The notes: a model not told the origin generated them from the sequence alone. A stretch of 62,764 bases of DNA from an uncultured archaeon (GCA_964427055.1 CAYRSQ010000001.1:21250-84013), one strand, 5' to 3'; shown: positions 17,236 through 27,838, counted from the first letter of the stretch. Made by a program: numbers and translations.

Positions 17236-18486
17236 CTAAATATTTAGAATTGAAATAATTATTGGATTAAGATCCAAAAAGAACAACAGCGTGGGTATCA
17301 TCATGACTCCCATACAATGTGATCTTCTTATCTCAAGATATGCACATAAAACTCCTATGGACGTGGACGTTATCAAAATAAGCATGCCATAGAACCCTGT
17401 CATCATGAAAACTAAAGCCACTATAAGTAAGATTACGGCCATATTCAAGAGCCTAAAATTTATCTTGTCCAAGAAACACGACGCCTTTTTGCCAAGAAAA
17501 AGTGTTATACATGCGGAAATACCAGACACCATCATCATGACGCCTATCAATAATAACGTCTCATGGAACGTCGGTTCGCCTAAGAGTTTCTCTATGGCTA
17601 CACTTGCGCCAGACCTCGGGTTGCCTACCAAATATAGGCTTATCATCGAAAAGACGTCATTGGCTGAATTTATGCCAGCTGTCATCATCAGGAAAGTTCT
17701 GGGATTGTTCAAGCCCCCTATGCTCTGCACAATCACGGCAGCCTCAGATATACCAACTGCGGGCAAGAATCCCACTAAAATGCCAGAGATGGACGAAATC
17801 AAAAGGACCTTGATTATGACACCTTTTGTCACCATCAAATTATTCTCATTTGATTGCATTGGAATGGATGCGTTGTCAGAAAAACTTATCAGCATACTAC
17901 TTAATCCGAATAAACCTGTCAGAACCGGGAAAAGCACGTTCTCTTGATTGACTATCGATGAATTCAAGCATAACACTCCCAAAACACCAGATAGAACTAG
18001 TATCAATAATGAACTTAGCATCTTGCCTAACTTCTTCTCCGAAACTATCATATAAGCCAAGACTGAAAGTATGATAATGTGTATGAATGGCTTTGAAAAG
18101 GCATAAACAACTTCAAAATATCTGAAAAACAGGAAAATGAATATTAATGACCCGACTAAAGAGCCTAAATTGCCTATGACTGTGAGTTTCAATGCTTCAT
18201 ACCCTCTGCCTTCTAGAAGCATTCTGTGGCTAGGTAATACGCACAAAGAGGTATCTGCATCCGGACTCCCTATAAAAATGGATGGTATGTGATCTGCGAA
18301 CATTTCGGTCACGGAAACCGACACTATCAGAATGGCTATATCAAATGAATTTTCCGTCAAGAACGAAAGAGAAACTATGAATGGGATTGTCGTATTAACG
18401 TGTATTCCAGGACAAAACCCAGCTATTAATCCTATTGATATTCCAATCAATATCAGACATATAAAATGCAACATAACTTCAATCAT
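17236..18486 (-). CDS. polytopic membrane protein, TctA/DUF112 (COG1784)-like
   Basis: About 10-12 TM helices. The N-terminal GLIAGFCPGIHVNT motif is recalled for the family; I cannot confirm this without a search. Confidence 0.5.
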   Translation of the reverse strand: MIEVMLHFICLILIGISIGLIAGFCPGIHVNTTIPFIVSLSFLTENSFDIAILIVSVSVTEMFADHIPSIFIGSPDADTSLCVLPSHRMLLEGRGYEALKLTVIGNLGSLVGSLIFIFLFFRYFEVVYAFSKPFIHIIILSVLAYMIVSEKKLGKMLSSLLILVLSGVLGVLCLNSSIVNQENVLFPVLTGLFGLSSMLISFSDNASIPMQSNENNLMVTKGVIIKVLLISSISGILVGFLPAVGISEAAVIVQSIGGLNNPRTFLMMTAGINSANDVFSMISLYLVGNPRSGASVAIEKLLGEPTFHETLLLIGVMMMVSGISACITLFLGKKASCFLDKINFRLLNMAVILLIVALVFMMTGFYGMLILITSTSIGVLCAYLEIRRSHCMGVMMIPTLLFFLDLNPIIISILNI

Positions 18487-18892
18487 ACAGTATTCTAACG
18501 TCGTCGGGTTTCTTAGGCACTATCTGCAATTCATTTTTATATTCATCCACGATTCCATCTATTTCAACCAAGGACCCCACCCTCAGATCTTTCATCGTTG
18601 CTTTCTGTTTATTCATAGAATCGAAAGAATTCACAAAATCTGAAAATAGAGGAATTTGAATACTGGTATCAGAGTCGTCTTCTATTGTTATAAAAACATG
18701 TCCATCCGGATGATTGTATCTATATGTCACAAATCCAACAACCTCAATTTTATCGCCTACGTTATCGAAGGTTATATCACTTATAAGCAAACTAATTGGT
18801 TTCATCATGGAAGATGAAATATATATCAGAACTATGCCTATCAAGGATGTTGATAGGCATATGTAGATTAAACTTTTATTCTCAGTTACCAT
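18479..18892 (-). CDS. membrane-anchored OB-fold protein
   Basis: N-terminal TM helix, then an OB-like pattern (KIEVVGFV...GHVFITIEDDS...VEIDGIVDEYKNELQIV). Overlaps the downstream membrane gene by 8 nt. Confidence 0.5.
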   Translation of the reverse strand: MVTENKSLIYICLSTSLIGIVLIYISSSMMKPISLLISDITFDNVGDKIEVVGFVTYRYNHPDGHVFITIEDDSDTSIQIPLFSDFVNSFDSMNKQKATMKDLRVGSLVEIDGIVDEYKNELQIVPKKPDDVRILYD

Positions 18893-18948
18893 AATTCAAC
18901 TTTCAAAACTATATGACAAGAAACCTTAGTACAACTAAACGTGGTGGT

Positions 18949-21846
18949 TCAACATTGATTGAAAGAAATCTGAATCTTTATTGATTTGAACTCCAAATCG
19001 GCTTTGTTCTCTTTGTCTGATTCGTCGAATTCTATAGAACTTGCACCGACTTCCTTTGAAAGTTCGCCTTCATTTTCTTTTATCATATTCTCTGTTTCAT
19101 CGTCGGAGTTTATATGAAGTTTTATTTTATCACTGACTTCCATCCCAGCTTTCTTCCTCATGCTTTGTATCTTCCTTATAATCTCCCTAAATAAGGCTTC
19201 GTTCAGAAGTTCATCGTTCATCTCTGTTGAGACTAGTACAGTACCTACTGGGGAATCTGATTCTGAAAACTCACCTTCGGGCCTCTTTTGCTTTACAGAT
19301 ACGATTTTGGAATTACACATATTTGTCAATATAGCATTCAAGTTTTTGACTGAACTAGAAACTTCCTTCTTGTTTGATACTATGAATATGTCCGAAACAG
19401 GCCATCTCAACTTTATGTCAGCAGTGTGTCTCGCTGAATAAGAAGATTCGACTATCTGTTTTACAATATCCATTTCACTGTTCAAGTTTTCATCTATCAA
19501 TTTTTCGTCGGCCACTGGCCAAGTTTCCATATGAATGGACTCTTTCCTTTTGTCAGATGACAATGGGAGGATTATATCCTGATATACAGCTTCTGACAAG
19601 TAAGGACAGAAAGGAGCTAAAAGTTTTGATAATGTATCAGTAACTTCAAACAATGTATAATAAGCTGCTTTCTTGTCGGCGCCGTAATATTCAGGCCACA
19701 CTCTATCCCTTATGATTTTTATGTACCATCTTGAAAAATCGTTGACTATAAAATCCATTATATCGTTTGCTGCTTTATGTGAGATGAATCCTTTACAATA
19801 GTCAGTAGAACTGCATACGAGCTTGTTCAATCTCGAAAGTATCCATTTATCTTCAGGTTTCATTCGCTTTGGTTTAGTTTTAGGAACTTCTGGGACATAG
19901 GTTTTTATGAAATTGAAAACATTCCTGACTACCATGAATTGTTTGGAAAGTTCATCCATATCTTCAAGCTTGAAATAAGTGTCATCCCAAACGGGCCTCG
20001 ATAGATAATAAAATCGCAATACATCTCTGCCATATTTTTCTATCGCTTCTTCTGTTGTAACTATATTACCCTTGCTTTTGCTCATCTTTGTACCATGAGC
20101 GTCCAGCACGAATCCATGAAACAGTACATTGTTGAAGGCCCTTCTGCCAAATGTCATTATGCTTGTTATCATAGAGGAGTTCCACCATCCTCTTATCTGA
20201 TCCGGGCCTTCCAATACAAAGTCAACCGGCCATAAATCCTCAAACGGCTTTTTCTTGCTGGGATAACCCAATGACGCCCATCCGGCTACGCCAGCATCAA
20301 ACCATACATCCAATACATCGGGAACTCTTCTCATCTCACCGCCACATTCGCAATCGAACTTGACCTCATCTATATGGGGTTTATGGAAATCTTCGGGAAC
20401 GTAAGGCAACTCATCTCTTGAACCCACGACTTTTATTTTCTCACATTTGCCACAAATCCAAATAGGCAAAGGTGTGCCCCAATATCTCTGTCGTGATATA
20501 GGCCAATCACCCAAATTCTCAAGCCAATTCCTGAATCTCTGACCGGCCCATTCCGGCACCCAATTAATCTTCTTATTTTCTTCCAACAAATTTTCCCTTA
20601 TTTCGGTCACCTTGAAGAACCATTGAGGGACTGCCATCATCAGAAGAGGAGAATTGCATCTCCAACAAAAAGGATAGTCGTGTCTTATCTTCTCTTCTCT
20701 TAACAGATATCCTTTCTTCTTCAATTCATCTATAATCATTCTATCTGCGTCTTTTGCAAAAATTCCTTCGTACTCCCCAGATCCTTCTCCAAACTTTCCA
20801 TCCATTTTTAATGGATTCAATATCGGAAGCCCTGTTTCCATACCGACTTTGTAATCTTCTTGCCCATGTCCAGGGGCGGTATGGACCAGTCCCGTGCCCT
20901 CTTCCATGTTGACAAACTGCTCGGAAAGGACTATTCTATGGGCACCATTCAAATGCTTCTGAAATTCGAAAGTATCTGATAGAGGATTCTCATATTCCAA
21001 TCCTTCCAATTCTTTCCCTTTGAATGTATCCAACACTTTATATTTGTCGATGTTGAATTTCTCCATCAGTTTCTCTACCAGAGGTTTGCCTATAATCAAC
21101 ACGTCCTTACCAATCCCGATTCTGACATAATCCTCTTTAGGATTGACCATTACCCCTGTATTTGATGGGAGAGTCCATGGAGTGGTTGTCCAAATCACAA
21201 GATACTCATTCTTTTTCCCATTTACTTTGAACTTCACAAAAATCGACGTATCTTCGACTTCCTTATATTCTATCTCATTATAAGCCACCGCTGTCTCGCA
21301 CCCAGGACAGACATGGACAGCATAAGTACCCCTATAAAGGAGTCCTTTCTCAAATGCCTTTTTGAAAGTGAACCATACACCTTCTATGTAATCGTTATCC
21401 AAGGTCATGTACGGATTGTCCCAATCCATCCATACGCCTAGATTTATGAATTGTTCTCCCATCACACCCACGAACTTAGTCGCGAACTTCTCACATTCGT
21501 TTATGAATTTTTCCACGCCGAATTCCTCTATGTCCTGTTTTGACTTGAATCCCAGCATCTTTTCTACCTTGTTCTCTATCGGAACACCGTGAGTGTCATA
21601 TCCTGGCTGACTCCATACATTGTATCCGAGCATCCGATAAACTCGCAGATAGAAGTCTTTTATTACTTTGTTCATGGCAGTTCCTACGTGTATGCTGCCA
21701 GTGGCATAGGGAGGGCCATCCAACCAATACCACTTCTGGCCGTCCCTCATGTTTTCCTTGCTTTTTCTATAAATATCGTTGTTTCTCCAAAACTCGGATA
21801 TTTTATCCTCAATCTCATTATGTTTCATATTCAAACTAAACACCAT
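18949..21846 (-). CDS. ileS: isoleucine--tRNA ligase
   Basis: Contains GPPYATGSIHVGTA (HIGH), WPISRQRYWGTPLPIW and KMSKSKGN. An alternative start exists at 21828. Confidence 0.9.
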   Translation of the reverse strand: MVFSLNMKHNEIEDKISEFWRNNDIYRKSKENMRDGQKWYWLDGPPYATGSIHVGTAMNKVIKDFYLRVYRMLGYNVWSQPGYDTHGVPIENKVEKMLGFKSKQDIEEFGVEKFINECEKFATKFVGVMGEQFINLGVWMDWDNPYMTLDNDYIEGVWFTFKKAFEKGLLYRGTYAVHVCPGCETAVAYNEIEYKEVEDTSIFVKFKVNGKKNEYLVIWTTTPWTLPSNTGVMVNPKEDYVRIGIGKDVLIIGKPLVEKLMEKFNIDKYKVLDTFKGKELEGLEYENPLSDTFEFQKHLNGAHRIVLSEQFVNMEEGTGLVHTAPGHGQEDYKVGMETGLPILNPLKMDGKFGEGSGEYEGIFAKDADRMIIDELKKKGYLLREEKIRHDYPFCWRCNSPLLMMAVPQWFFKVTEIRENLLEENKKINWVPEWAGQRFRNWLENLGDWPISRQRYWGTPLPIWICGKCEKIKVVGSRDELPYVPEDFHKPHIDEVKFDCECGGEMRRVPDVLDVWFDAGVAGWASLGYPSKKKPFEDLWPVDFVLEGPDQIRGWWNSSMITSIMTFGRRAFNNVLFHGFVLDAHGTKMSKSKGNIVTTEEAIEKYGRDVLRFYYLSRPVWDDTYFKLEDMDELSKQFMVVRNVFNFIKTYVPEVPKTKPKRMKPEDKWILSRLNKLVCSSTDYCKGFISHKAANDIMDFIVNDFSRWYIKIIRDRVWPEYYGADKKAAYYTLFEVTDTLSKLLAPFCPYLSEAVYQDIILPLSSDKRKESIHMETWPVADEKLIDENLNSEMDIVKQIVESSYSARHTADIKLRWPVSDIFIVSNKKEVSSSVKNLNAILTNMCNSKIVSVKQKRPEGEFSESDSPVGTVLVSTEMNDELLNEALFREIIRKIQSMRKKAGMEVSDKIKLHINSDDETENMIKENEGELSKEVGASSIEFDESDKENKADLEFKSIKIQISFNQC

Positions 21847-22144
21847 CCGGAGTTAAATAAAAATTAGGTCGGTTTGGATTAAAAATAGGTTTAAACAGAA
21901 TTGAAGAAAAGTATTTATGCAATAATCCGTGCATCCCCTTTCACATCAATCACTTTTAGTATTCTTTGCACTCGAGCATTTAAATATGAAATGGACTTCA
22001 GATAAGAATTATATAATTTGTATCTTAACTATTTTCCTATATCAAAGCATATATTCCCGTATCTGAATGATTTTTAGACTGTAACTCCAACTCAGGTTGG
22101 GTTCTAATTCTGAATGCCTCCTTAAGACATAAAGAGGTGTTGAA

Positions 22145-22351
22145 ATGAAAGATTTGCCAATAAACGACAGGGGACAGATGCCCATTTATTCGTTGGGACT
22201 GGAAGAAATGCTCCCGAAAATAAAGAAGATGCTGACTGAGAAGAGACCCAGTCAAATACTAGCTGAACTATTCGACGAGGGATACCAAATCGAGGATGTC
22301 AAGATAGTGATATACCATGCATTGTACAACGAAGGAGAAATTCCAAGATGA
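22145..22351 (+). CDS. hypothetical 68-aa protein upstream of hisS
   Basis: ORF on the same strand, 29 nt upstream of hisS. No recognisable motif. Confidence 0.3.
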   Translation: MKDLPINDRGQMPIYSLGLEEMLPKIKKMLTEKRPSQILAELFDEGYQIEDVKIVIYHALYNEGEIPR

Positions 22352-22380
22352 TTTAAATAACCGCTTCAAATAATAAAAGT

Positions 22381-23682
22381 ATGGAGTTCCAAACACCGAA
22401 AGGCACAAGGGATATGATGCAACAGGAAGGTGAAAATTTCCAGACAATGATAGACATAATTAGATTGATTTTCAGGAAATATGGATTCACTCCACTGTTC
22501 ACCCCAGCTTTCGAAGACTTCGCCCTCTTGTCGATAAAAGGTGGTTTGGGTGAAAGTGTCAAAAATGATATATATTTTTTCAAGGACAAATCTGAGAGGG
22601 AGCTTGGATTGAGGTTCGACCTGACAATGCCAATGGTTAGAGTTGTTTCAATGAACCCTCAAATCAAGAAACCTTTCAAGAGGTATGCCATAGGAAAGGT
22701 CTGGAGATATGACAACCCGCAAGCAATGAGATACAGAGAATTCTGGCAGGCTGATGTTGATGTAGTAGGGAGCAATTCTCCGATATCAGATGCTGAATGC
22801 CTAGCTGTAGCGTGTGAATGTCTTGAGAAACTCGGCTTTGACGAATTTGATATAAGAATAAACAACAGAAAATTCCTCCAAGACATGTTTGAGAAAAAAC
22901 TCAATATAAACGATGAAGATAGAATTAAGGATATATTCAGATCGATAGATAAATTAGAAAAACTGGGCGAAGATGGGGTAAGGAAGGAACTCATTGAAAA
23001 GGGTCTGAAGAACAAAACGATAAATGAGTTGATGAAATTTTTGAATACATCTGGAACTAATTCGCAGATGATAAGAAAACTCAGAAAAACCTTCGGGGAT
23101 ACAGAAGGTATTCTTGAATTGGAAAACATTCTAAACTACTCCAAAGGATTTGGGATAGGGAAAAGGTTGAAACTAGACATGTCCCTTGTGAGAGGATTGG
23201 ATTACTACACTGGATGCGTATTCGAGATTAACTTAGGTGAGGATGTGAGTTGCGGAGGTGGAGGACGATACGATAAATTGATAAAAAACGTGGGAGGAGC
23301 CGATATGCCATCGACTGGAATATCGCTGGGAATAAGTAGGATATTTGAAATCATGAAAACTAGGGACATGTTCAACGAACGTGGAAATCAATCTGTATTT
23401 GTGGCGAATGTGACAGAGAGCACACTAATTGAAACAATGAAAATAGCTAATAAAATCAGAAAAACTGGCGCAATAGTAGAAACGGACCTGGCCGGAAGGG
23501 ATTTAAAAAAACAGCTATCATATGCGAACAGTGTCGGGGCTGATTACTCGATAATAGTTGGTGAAGAGGAACTCAGAAACAAACTATTCACCTTGAAAAA
23601 CATGAAGACTAATTCAGAACTCAAGTTGCCACTGAAGGACATTTTGAAAGAGATTAAGAAGTCTATGAAAACAAAGCAATGA
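22381..23682 (+). CDS. hisS: histidine--tRNA ligase
   Basis: Contains PKGTRD, the class II motifs RYREFWQADVD and GGGRYD, and a C-terminal anticodon-binding domain. Confidence 0.9.
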   Translation: MEFQTPKGTRDMMQQEGENFQTMIDIIRLIFRKYGFTPLFTPAFEDFALLSIKGGLGESVKNDIYFFKDKSERELGLRFDLTMPMVRVVSMNPQIKKPFKRYAIGKVWRYDNPQAMRYREFWQADVDVVGSNSPISDAECLAVACECLEKLGFDEFDIRINNRKFLQDMFEKKLNINDEDRIKDIFRSIDKLEKLGEDGVRKELIEKGLKNKTINELMKFLNTSGTNSQMIRKLRKTFGDTEGILELENILNYSKGFGIGKRLKLDMSLVRGLDYYTGCVFEINLGEDVSCGGGGRYDKLIKNVGGADMPSTGISLGISRIFEIMKTRDMFNERGNQSVFVANVTESTLIETMKIANKIRKTGAIVETDLAGRDLKKQLSYANSVGADYSIIVGEEELRNKLFTLKNMKTNSELKLPLKDILKEIKKSMKTKQ

Positions 23683-23696
23683 AGTCTCATTGTCAT

Positions 23697-23819
23697 CTAG
23701 ACTAGCAACATGCGGCCCGAAAAATACCCTTTGTCGAGTATCAAACCGCAATTGCCACATATCTTTCCTTCTTTGTGTTGTTCCACTTTCGTGCTTCTGC
23801 AATCGGGGCACTTGAACAT
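23697..23819 (-). CDS. 40-aa TFIIB-type zinc-ribbon protein
   Basis: Reverse-complement translation is MFKCPDCRSTKVEQHKEGKICGNCGLILDKGYFSGRMLLV. The pattern CPxC-x14-CxxCG-hydrophobic matches the TFB/TFIIB N-terminal ribbon. Below the ORF-track cutoff; the track's 23614..23811 ORF is in another frame. Confidence 0.5.
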   Translation of the reverse strand: MFKCPDCRSTKVEQHKEGKICGNCGLILDKGYFSGRMLLV

Positions 23820-24102
23820 TTCAATCACTAATTAAAAATTAAATTTGATTTAAAAGTCATTTATCGTATTGAAAACTCCATTATGTAAAAAATATTCCGA
23901 AAAGTTCATGCTACAAAATCTATATTGAACTATGTAACCAAACTCCAGTTAAGACTACAACCAAGTAATAACTGATAAACTCCTTTTTAAATTGGAAAAT
24001 GCAACTTTATATTAACTGCATAAAGACAAGAGCTACTTTTAACGTCGGGTTTGAACGATTGGAAAGCGCCAAACTTTTATTAGGTTAAGTAAAGATGATT
24101 TG

Positions 24103-25920
24103 ATGACCAAGAAACTAAGAAAGATAGTACCAGATACATCTGTCATTATCGATAGAAAATTGTCCGAATCTATAGAAAAAGACGAATTGGATGATATAGA
24201 GATAATCATACCAGCAGCTGTTCTGGACGAACTTCAAGCACAAGCATCCAAAGGTCGCGAACACGGTTTCATCGGGTTGGAAGAACTAAAAAAAATCAGG
24301 GAGTATTCCAATGAAAGTAAAAGAAACATAAAACTGAGATTTACTGGAAAACGCCCGACACTGGACGACATAAAACTTGCTAAAGCCGGAAGAATGGATG
24401 CGATAATAAGAGATGTCGCCAAACAGGAAGATGCCGAATTCTTCACTGCTGATTATGTACAAGGACTTGTGGGTGAAGCTGAAGGTGTCAAAACGAATTA
24501 TATGCCCAAAGAACTCAAAGAGATTGAATTGACTTTTAAGAAATTTTTCACAGCAGATACGATAAGCGTTCATCTGAAGGCAGGTGTAAAACCTATGGCC
24601 AAAAGAGGGGAACCTGGTAAATTCAAATTGATTGAGATAGAAGACAATATCTTAGCTAGTTCCTATCTGGAAAAAATCATAAAGGAGATAGAAGATGTTT
24701 CGTACAGGAGCGAAGAAGGTTCCATTGAAATCAACAGACATGGCGCACTAGTGATACAACTACAAGAATATAGAATAGCCATAGCTAGACCGCCGTTCTC
24801 TGACGGATTGGAATTGACGATAGTCAGGCCTATCGTGAAGCTGGGACTGGAAGATTATCATCTATCTAGCAAATTGATTGAACGGTTGGAGAAAAGGGCT
24901 GAGGGCGTCATAATCGCAGGTCCTCCTGGAAGTGGAAAAACGACTCTCGCCAGTGGAATAGCTGAATTTTACATGAAGAAAGGTAAGATTGTGAAAACTT
25001 TAGAATCACCCAGAGATTTACAAGTGGGTCCTGAAATAACACAATACGGCCCGTTGGAAGGTGATTTCGAGAAGACGGCAGATATTCTTTTGCTCGTAAG
25101 ACCAGACTACTCAATATTCGACGAAGTCAGAAAACCAAAGGACTTCAAAGTTTTTTCTGATTTGAGATTAGCCGGAGTGGGTATGATAGGAGTAGTTCAT
25201 GCGAGCAAAGCGATAGATGCAATACAGAGGTTCATAGGAAAAATAGAAATGGGCATGATACCCCATGTAATAGATACAATAATATTCGTAGATTTCGGAA
25301 AAGTAGAAAAGGTCTATGAAGTGTCGATGATTGTTAAAGTCCCCAACGGAATGATCGAATCTGATCTGGCAAGACCCGTGGTTGAGGTCAGGGATTTCGA
25401 AACTGGTAAACTTGAATACGAAATATACACGTTCGGAGAAGAGAACGTAGTGATTGAAATTAAGGAAACAACCGTACAATCTGGAATAAGAAATTTGGCT
25501 TCGAAAAAAATAATGGAAGAAATTCGTAAATTTGATTCTAACGCTGAAATAGAGATACTCAATGAGAATAACGCTAAGGTAAGGGTCGACAACCATATAA
25601 TTCCAAAACTAATAGGTAAAAACGGAAAAGTCATAAATCAAATAGAGGAAAAATTAGGTATCCATCTAGATGTCGAACCTAAAACTCTGTCAATTGGAAA
25701 AGAAGTAGACTCCAACGTAAAAGAAACTGGGAATGCAATTGAAATAAGGTTTGATAAGCATTTGATCGGCGAAACCGCAAATATCTACATAAAAGGTACG
25801 TTCCTATTTTCCGCAATGATTGGTAAAAAATGCAAAATCAAGTTATCTAAAAATTCTGATATAGGAAAGGCATTCGTAAACGCTTTGATATCAGATAAAA
25901 AAATAAAGGTGTTGATTTAA
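24103..25920 (+). CDS. PIN-domain / PilT-like ATPase / KH-domain protein (COG1855-like)
   Basis: N-terminal PIN (VPDTSVIID), Walker A GPPGSGKTT, and C-terminal KH (IPKLIGKNGKVINQIEEKLG). A TTG at 24100 is an alternative start. Confidence 0.75.
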   Translation: MTKKLRKIVPDTSVIIDRKLSESIEKDELDDIEIIIPAAVLDELQAQASKGREHGFIGLEELKKIREYSNESKRNIKLRFTGKRPTLDDIKLAKAGRMDAIIRDVAKQEDAEFFTADYVQGLVGEAEGVKTNYMPKELKEIELTFKKFFTADTISVHLKAGVKPMAKRGEPGKFKLIEIEDNILASSYLEKIIKEIEDVSYRSEEGSIEINRHGALVIQLQEYRIAIARPPFSDGLELTIVRPIVKLGLEDYHLSSKLIERLEKRAEGVIIAGPPGSGKTTLASGIAEFYMKKGKIVKTLESPRDLQVGPEITQYGPLEGDFEKTADILLLVRPDYSIFDEVRKPKDFKVFSDLRLAGVGMIGVVHASKAIDAIQRFIGKIEMGMIPHVIDTIIFVDFGKVEKVYEVSMIVKVPNGMIESDLARPVVEVRDFETGKLEYEIYTFGEENVVIEIKETTVQSGIRNLASKKIMEEIRKFDSNAEIEILNENNAKVRVDNHIIPKLIGKNGKVINQIEEKLGIHLDVEPKTLSIGKEVDSNVKETGNAIEIRFDKHLIGETANIYIKGTFLFSAMIGKKCKIKLSKNSDIGKAFVNALISDKKIKVLI

Positions 25921-27033
25921 TCAGAGAATGTCAACATCCAACCGTTCGACTAGGAACTGAAATCTTTTCGCCATCGATAGCATGAGATTCATTTTTTCAT
26001 CGGACCCAGATAGGAGGGTTCTCATTATCATCCCCTTCTTTATGGGTATCTTTAAATGGGATTTCCACTTTTTGTCATATTCATTCTGTAAATATTCATG
26101 TGAAAAATTACCAGCGGTCAGGGCTCTTATACATGCGTTTGAGCAGTAACCAGCTCCTATCAGACCATATATAACCCCTCCGCCCGAAAACGGTTTTACC
26201 TGACAAGCAGCGTCGCCCACTGTAAGAATACGCTCGGATGACGTTCTATTCATAAGTCCGAAATTTATCCTTCCGACAACATCTGGTTTCACGTCAGATT
26301 TGTTCACATTTCCATCGGTTCTTAGGTTGACGAATGTTTTCAGTCTATTCAAAGAATCCTTTTTGGATGCCAATCCTATTCTGGCTTTTTTCGAGTTGAT
26401 TGGAACCACCCAACCGAAAAAATCTGGTGATATATCAGAACTGAAATGCAACTCGACTGAATCTACATCAAAATTACCACTGACAGTTGTCTGCACTCCT
26501 GTCAAAATATTAGATGGCCTCATAAGGTTAGCTTTGGATGCGACAGTGGATATTGGACCGTCCGCACCGACCAATAGTTTAGTCTGTAATTTACCTTCGT
26601 CCGTATTCACAAAAACAGAATCCTCCTTTATTATCAATCCTTCCGTAGTTTTCCCTATACTGGAATTTCTTCTTATTTCGAAATCTTTAAATTCCGTTTG
26701 AAGTTTAATTTCTACTCCCGATTGCCTCGCCTTTAGAAACATGAATTTGTCAAACTTTTCCCTATCTATAACATAAAATGGTTTCTTTGATTTTATTTCG
26801 AACTCATCGGAATCATAATAAAATCTGGCACTGCTCAATTCGTTTAAAATTACATTGTCTGGTAAATCTGTAACTATTCTCTTAAGTCTATGACTGACAA
26901 GGCCAGTGCATTGAACGGGGGTTCCCACATCCTCTTTTTTATCAATCAGGATTGTCTTAAATCCTCTTCTTGAGACCAATTCAGACACTCTACATCCTAT
27001 CGGACCTGCACCAATCACAACTAAATCATACAA
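25921..27033 (-). CDS. geranylgeranyl reductase family flavoprotein
   Basis: FAD-binding N-terminus DLVVIGAGPIGC plus the CTGLVS motif. Size is typical of archaeal GGR. Confidence 0.8.
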   Translation of the reverse strand: MYDLVVIGAGPIGCRVSELVSRRGFKTILIDKKEDVGTPVQCTGLVSHRLKRIVTDLPDNVILNELSSARFYYDSDEFEIKSKKPFYVIDREKFDKFMFLKARQSGVEIKLQTEFKDFEIRRNSSIGKTTEGLIIKEDSVFVNTDEGKLQTKLLVGADGPISTVASKANLMRPSNILTGVQTTVSGNFDVDSVELHFSSDISPDFFGWVVPINSKKARIGLASKKDSLNRLKTFVNLRTDGNVNKSDVKPDVVGRINFGLMNRTSSERILTVGDAACQVKPFSGGGVIYGLIGAGYCSNACIRALTAGNFSHEYLQNEYDKKWKSHLKIPIKKGMIMRTLLSGSDEKMNLMLSMAKRFQFLVERLDVDIL

Positions 27034-27050
27034 AACAATTCACCCAGAAC

Positions 27051-27779
27051 TCATTTACCGAAGTTTCTCTTTACAGTACCGAACCATTTGAATGCTTCAA
27101 TAAGTTCTTCTTTTGTAAAATCTGGCCATAAAGTTTCGGTTATGTATAGCTCAGCATAAGCTGCTTGCCATAAAAGTAAATTTGATAGCCTGTGATAGCC
27201 ACCTGTTCTTATCACTAGATCAACGGGGGCATTGACCATGAGATGATCCTCTATGTCCTTAGCGGTAACTTCAACCTTTCCGGTCTCAATCGCCTGTTGA
27301 GCTAATTTCTTCACGACTTCCGTGAGTTCAAATTGGCCGCTGTACGCCACTAAAAGATTCAGCGCCTTTTTCTGGTATTTAGCAGTTCTCTTCATTATTC
27401 TTCTAGCAACTTCCCTTATTCTCAGAGGAAGTTGCGACAAATCACCTATGAATCTGACTTTGACTTCATACTTATCCAGTATACCAGATTCGTCTTTTTC
27501 TAGATTCTCTAGATATTCGTAGAAGATGTCTAAAAGCTCTTCTACCTCTCTCTTAGACCTCTTAAGGTTTTCTGTAGAGAGCATATATATTGACAATTGA
27601 GGGACATTCAGTTCCCACGACCATTTGAGTAATTTCTCAACTTTTAGTGCGCCTTCTCTGTGGCCGAGCCAGAGATGACGTTTCTTGGTTTTTTTAGCCC
27701 ATCTCCGATTACCGTCTATTATGACAGCTAGGTGATTAGGCACTTTAATTCTTTCATGAATGTCATTCATACGATTCAC
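27051..27779 (-). CDS. uppS: cis-prenyltransferase (undecaprenyl/dolichyl diphosphate synthase family)
   Basis: Contains HLAVIIDGNRRWAK, and RTGGxxRLSNLLLWQAAYAELY. Confidence 0.9.
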   Translation of the reverse strand: MNRMNDIHERIKVPNHLAVIIDGNRRWAKKTKKRHLWLGHREGALKVEKLLKWSWELNVPQLSIYMLSTENLKRSKREVEELLDIFYEYLENLEKDESGILDKYEVKVRFIGDLSQLPLRIREVARRIMKRTAKYQKKALNLLVAYSGQFELTEVVKKLAQQAIETGKVEVTAKDIEDHLMVNAPVDLVIRTGGYHRLSNLLLWQAAYAELYITETLWPDFTKEELIEAFKWFGTVKRNFGK

Positions 27780-27838
27780 TACTATTTCGTGTTTACGTAA
27801 AAGTATCTTTAAAGGTTCTAATTTAAGTGTTTTTTTGT

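Noticed and set aside
23614-23811. 65-aa ORF listed in the track between hisS and the PIN-ATPase gene.
   Set aside because: It overlaps the hisS 3' end and has no features. A different frame on the same strand gives a clean TFIIB-type C4 zinc-ribbon ORF (23697-23819), which explains the locus better.
23873-23983. Three direct copies of AAACTCC (23873, 23940, 23977) in a 283-nt AT-rich spacer. One reads CTCCAGT like the 5' half of an ORB element, raising the idea of a replication origin.
   Set aside because: AACTCCA also occurs repeatedly inside coding regions of this window. The GGAAAC half of ORB is missing, there are no inverted copies, and the site is about 10 kb from cdc6. This is not sufficient to call an origin.
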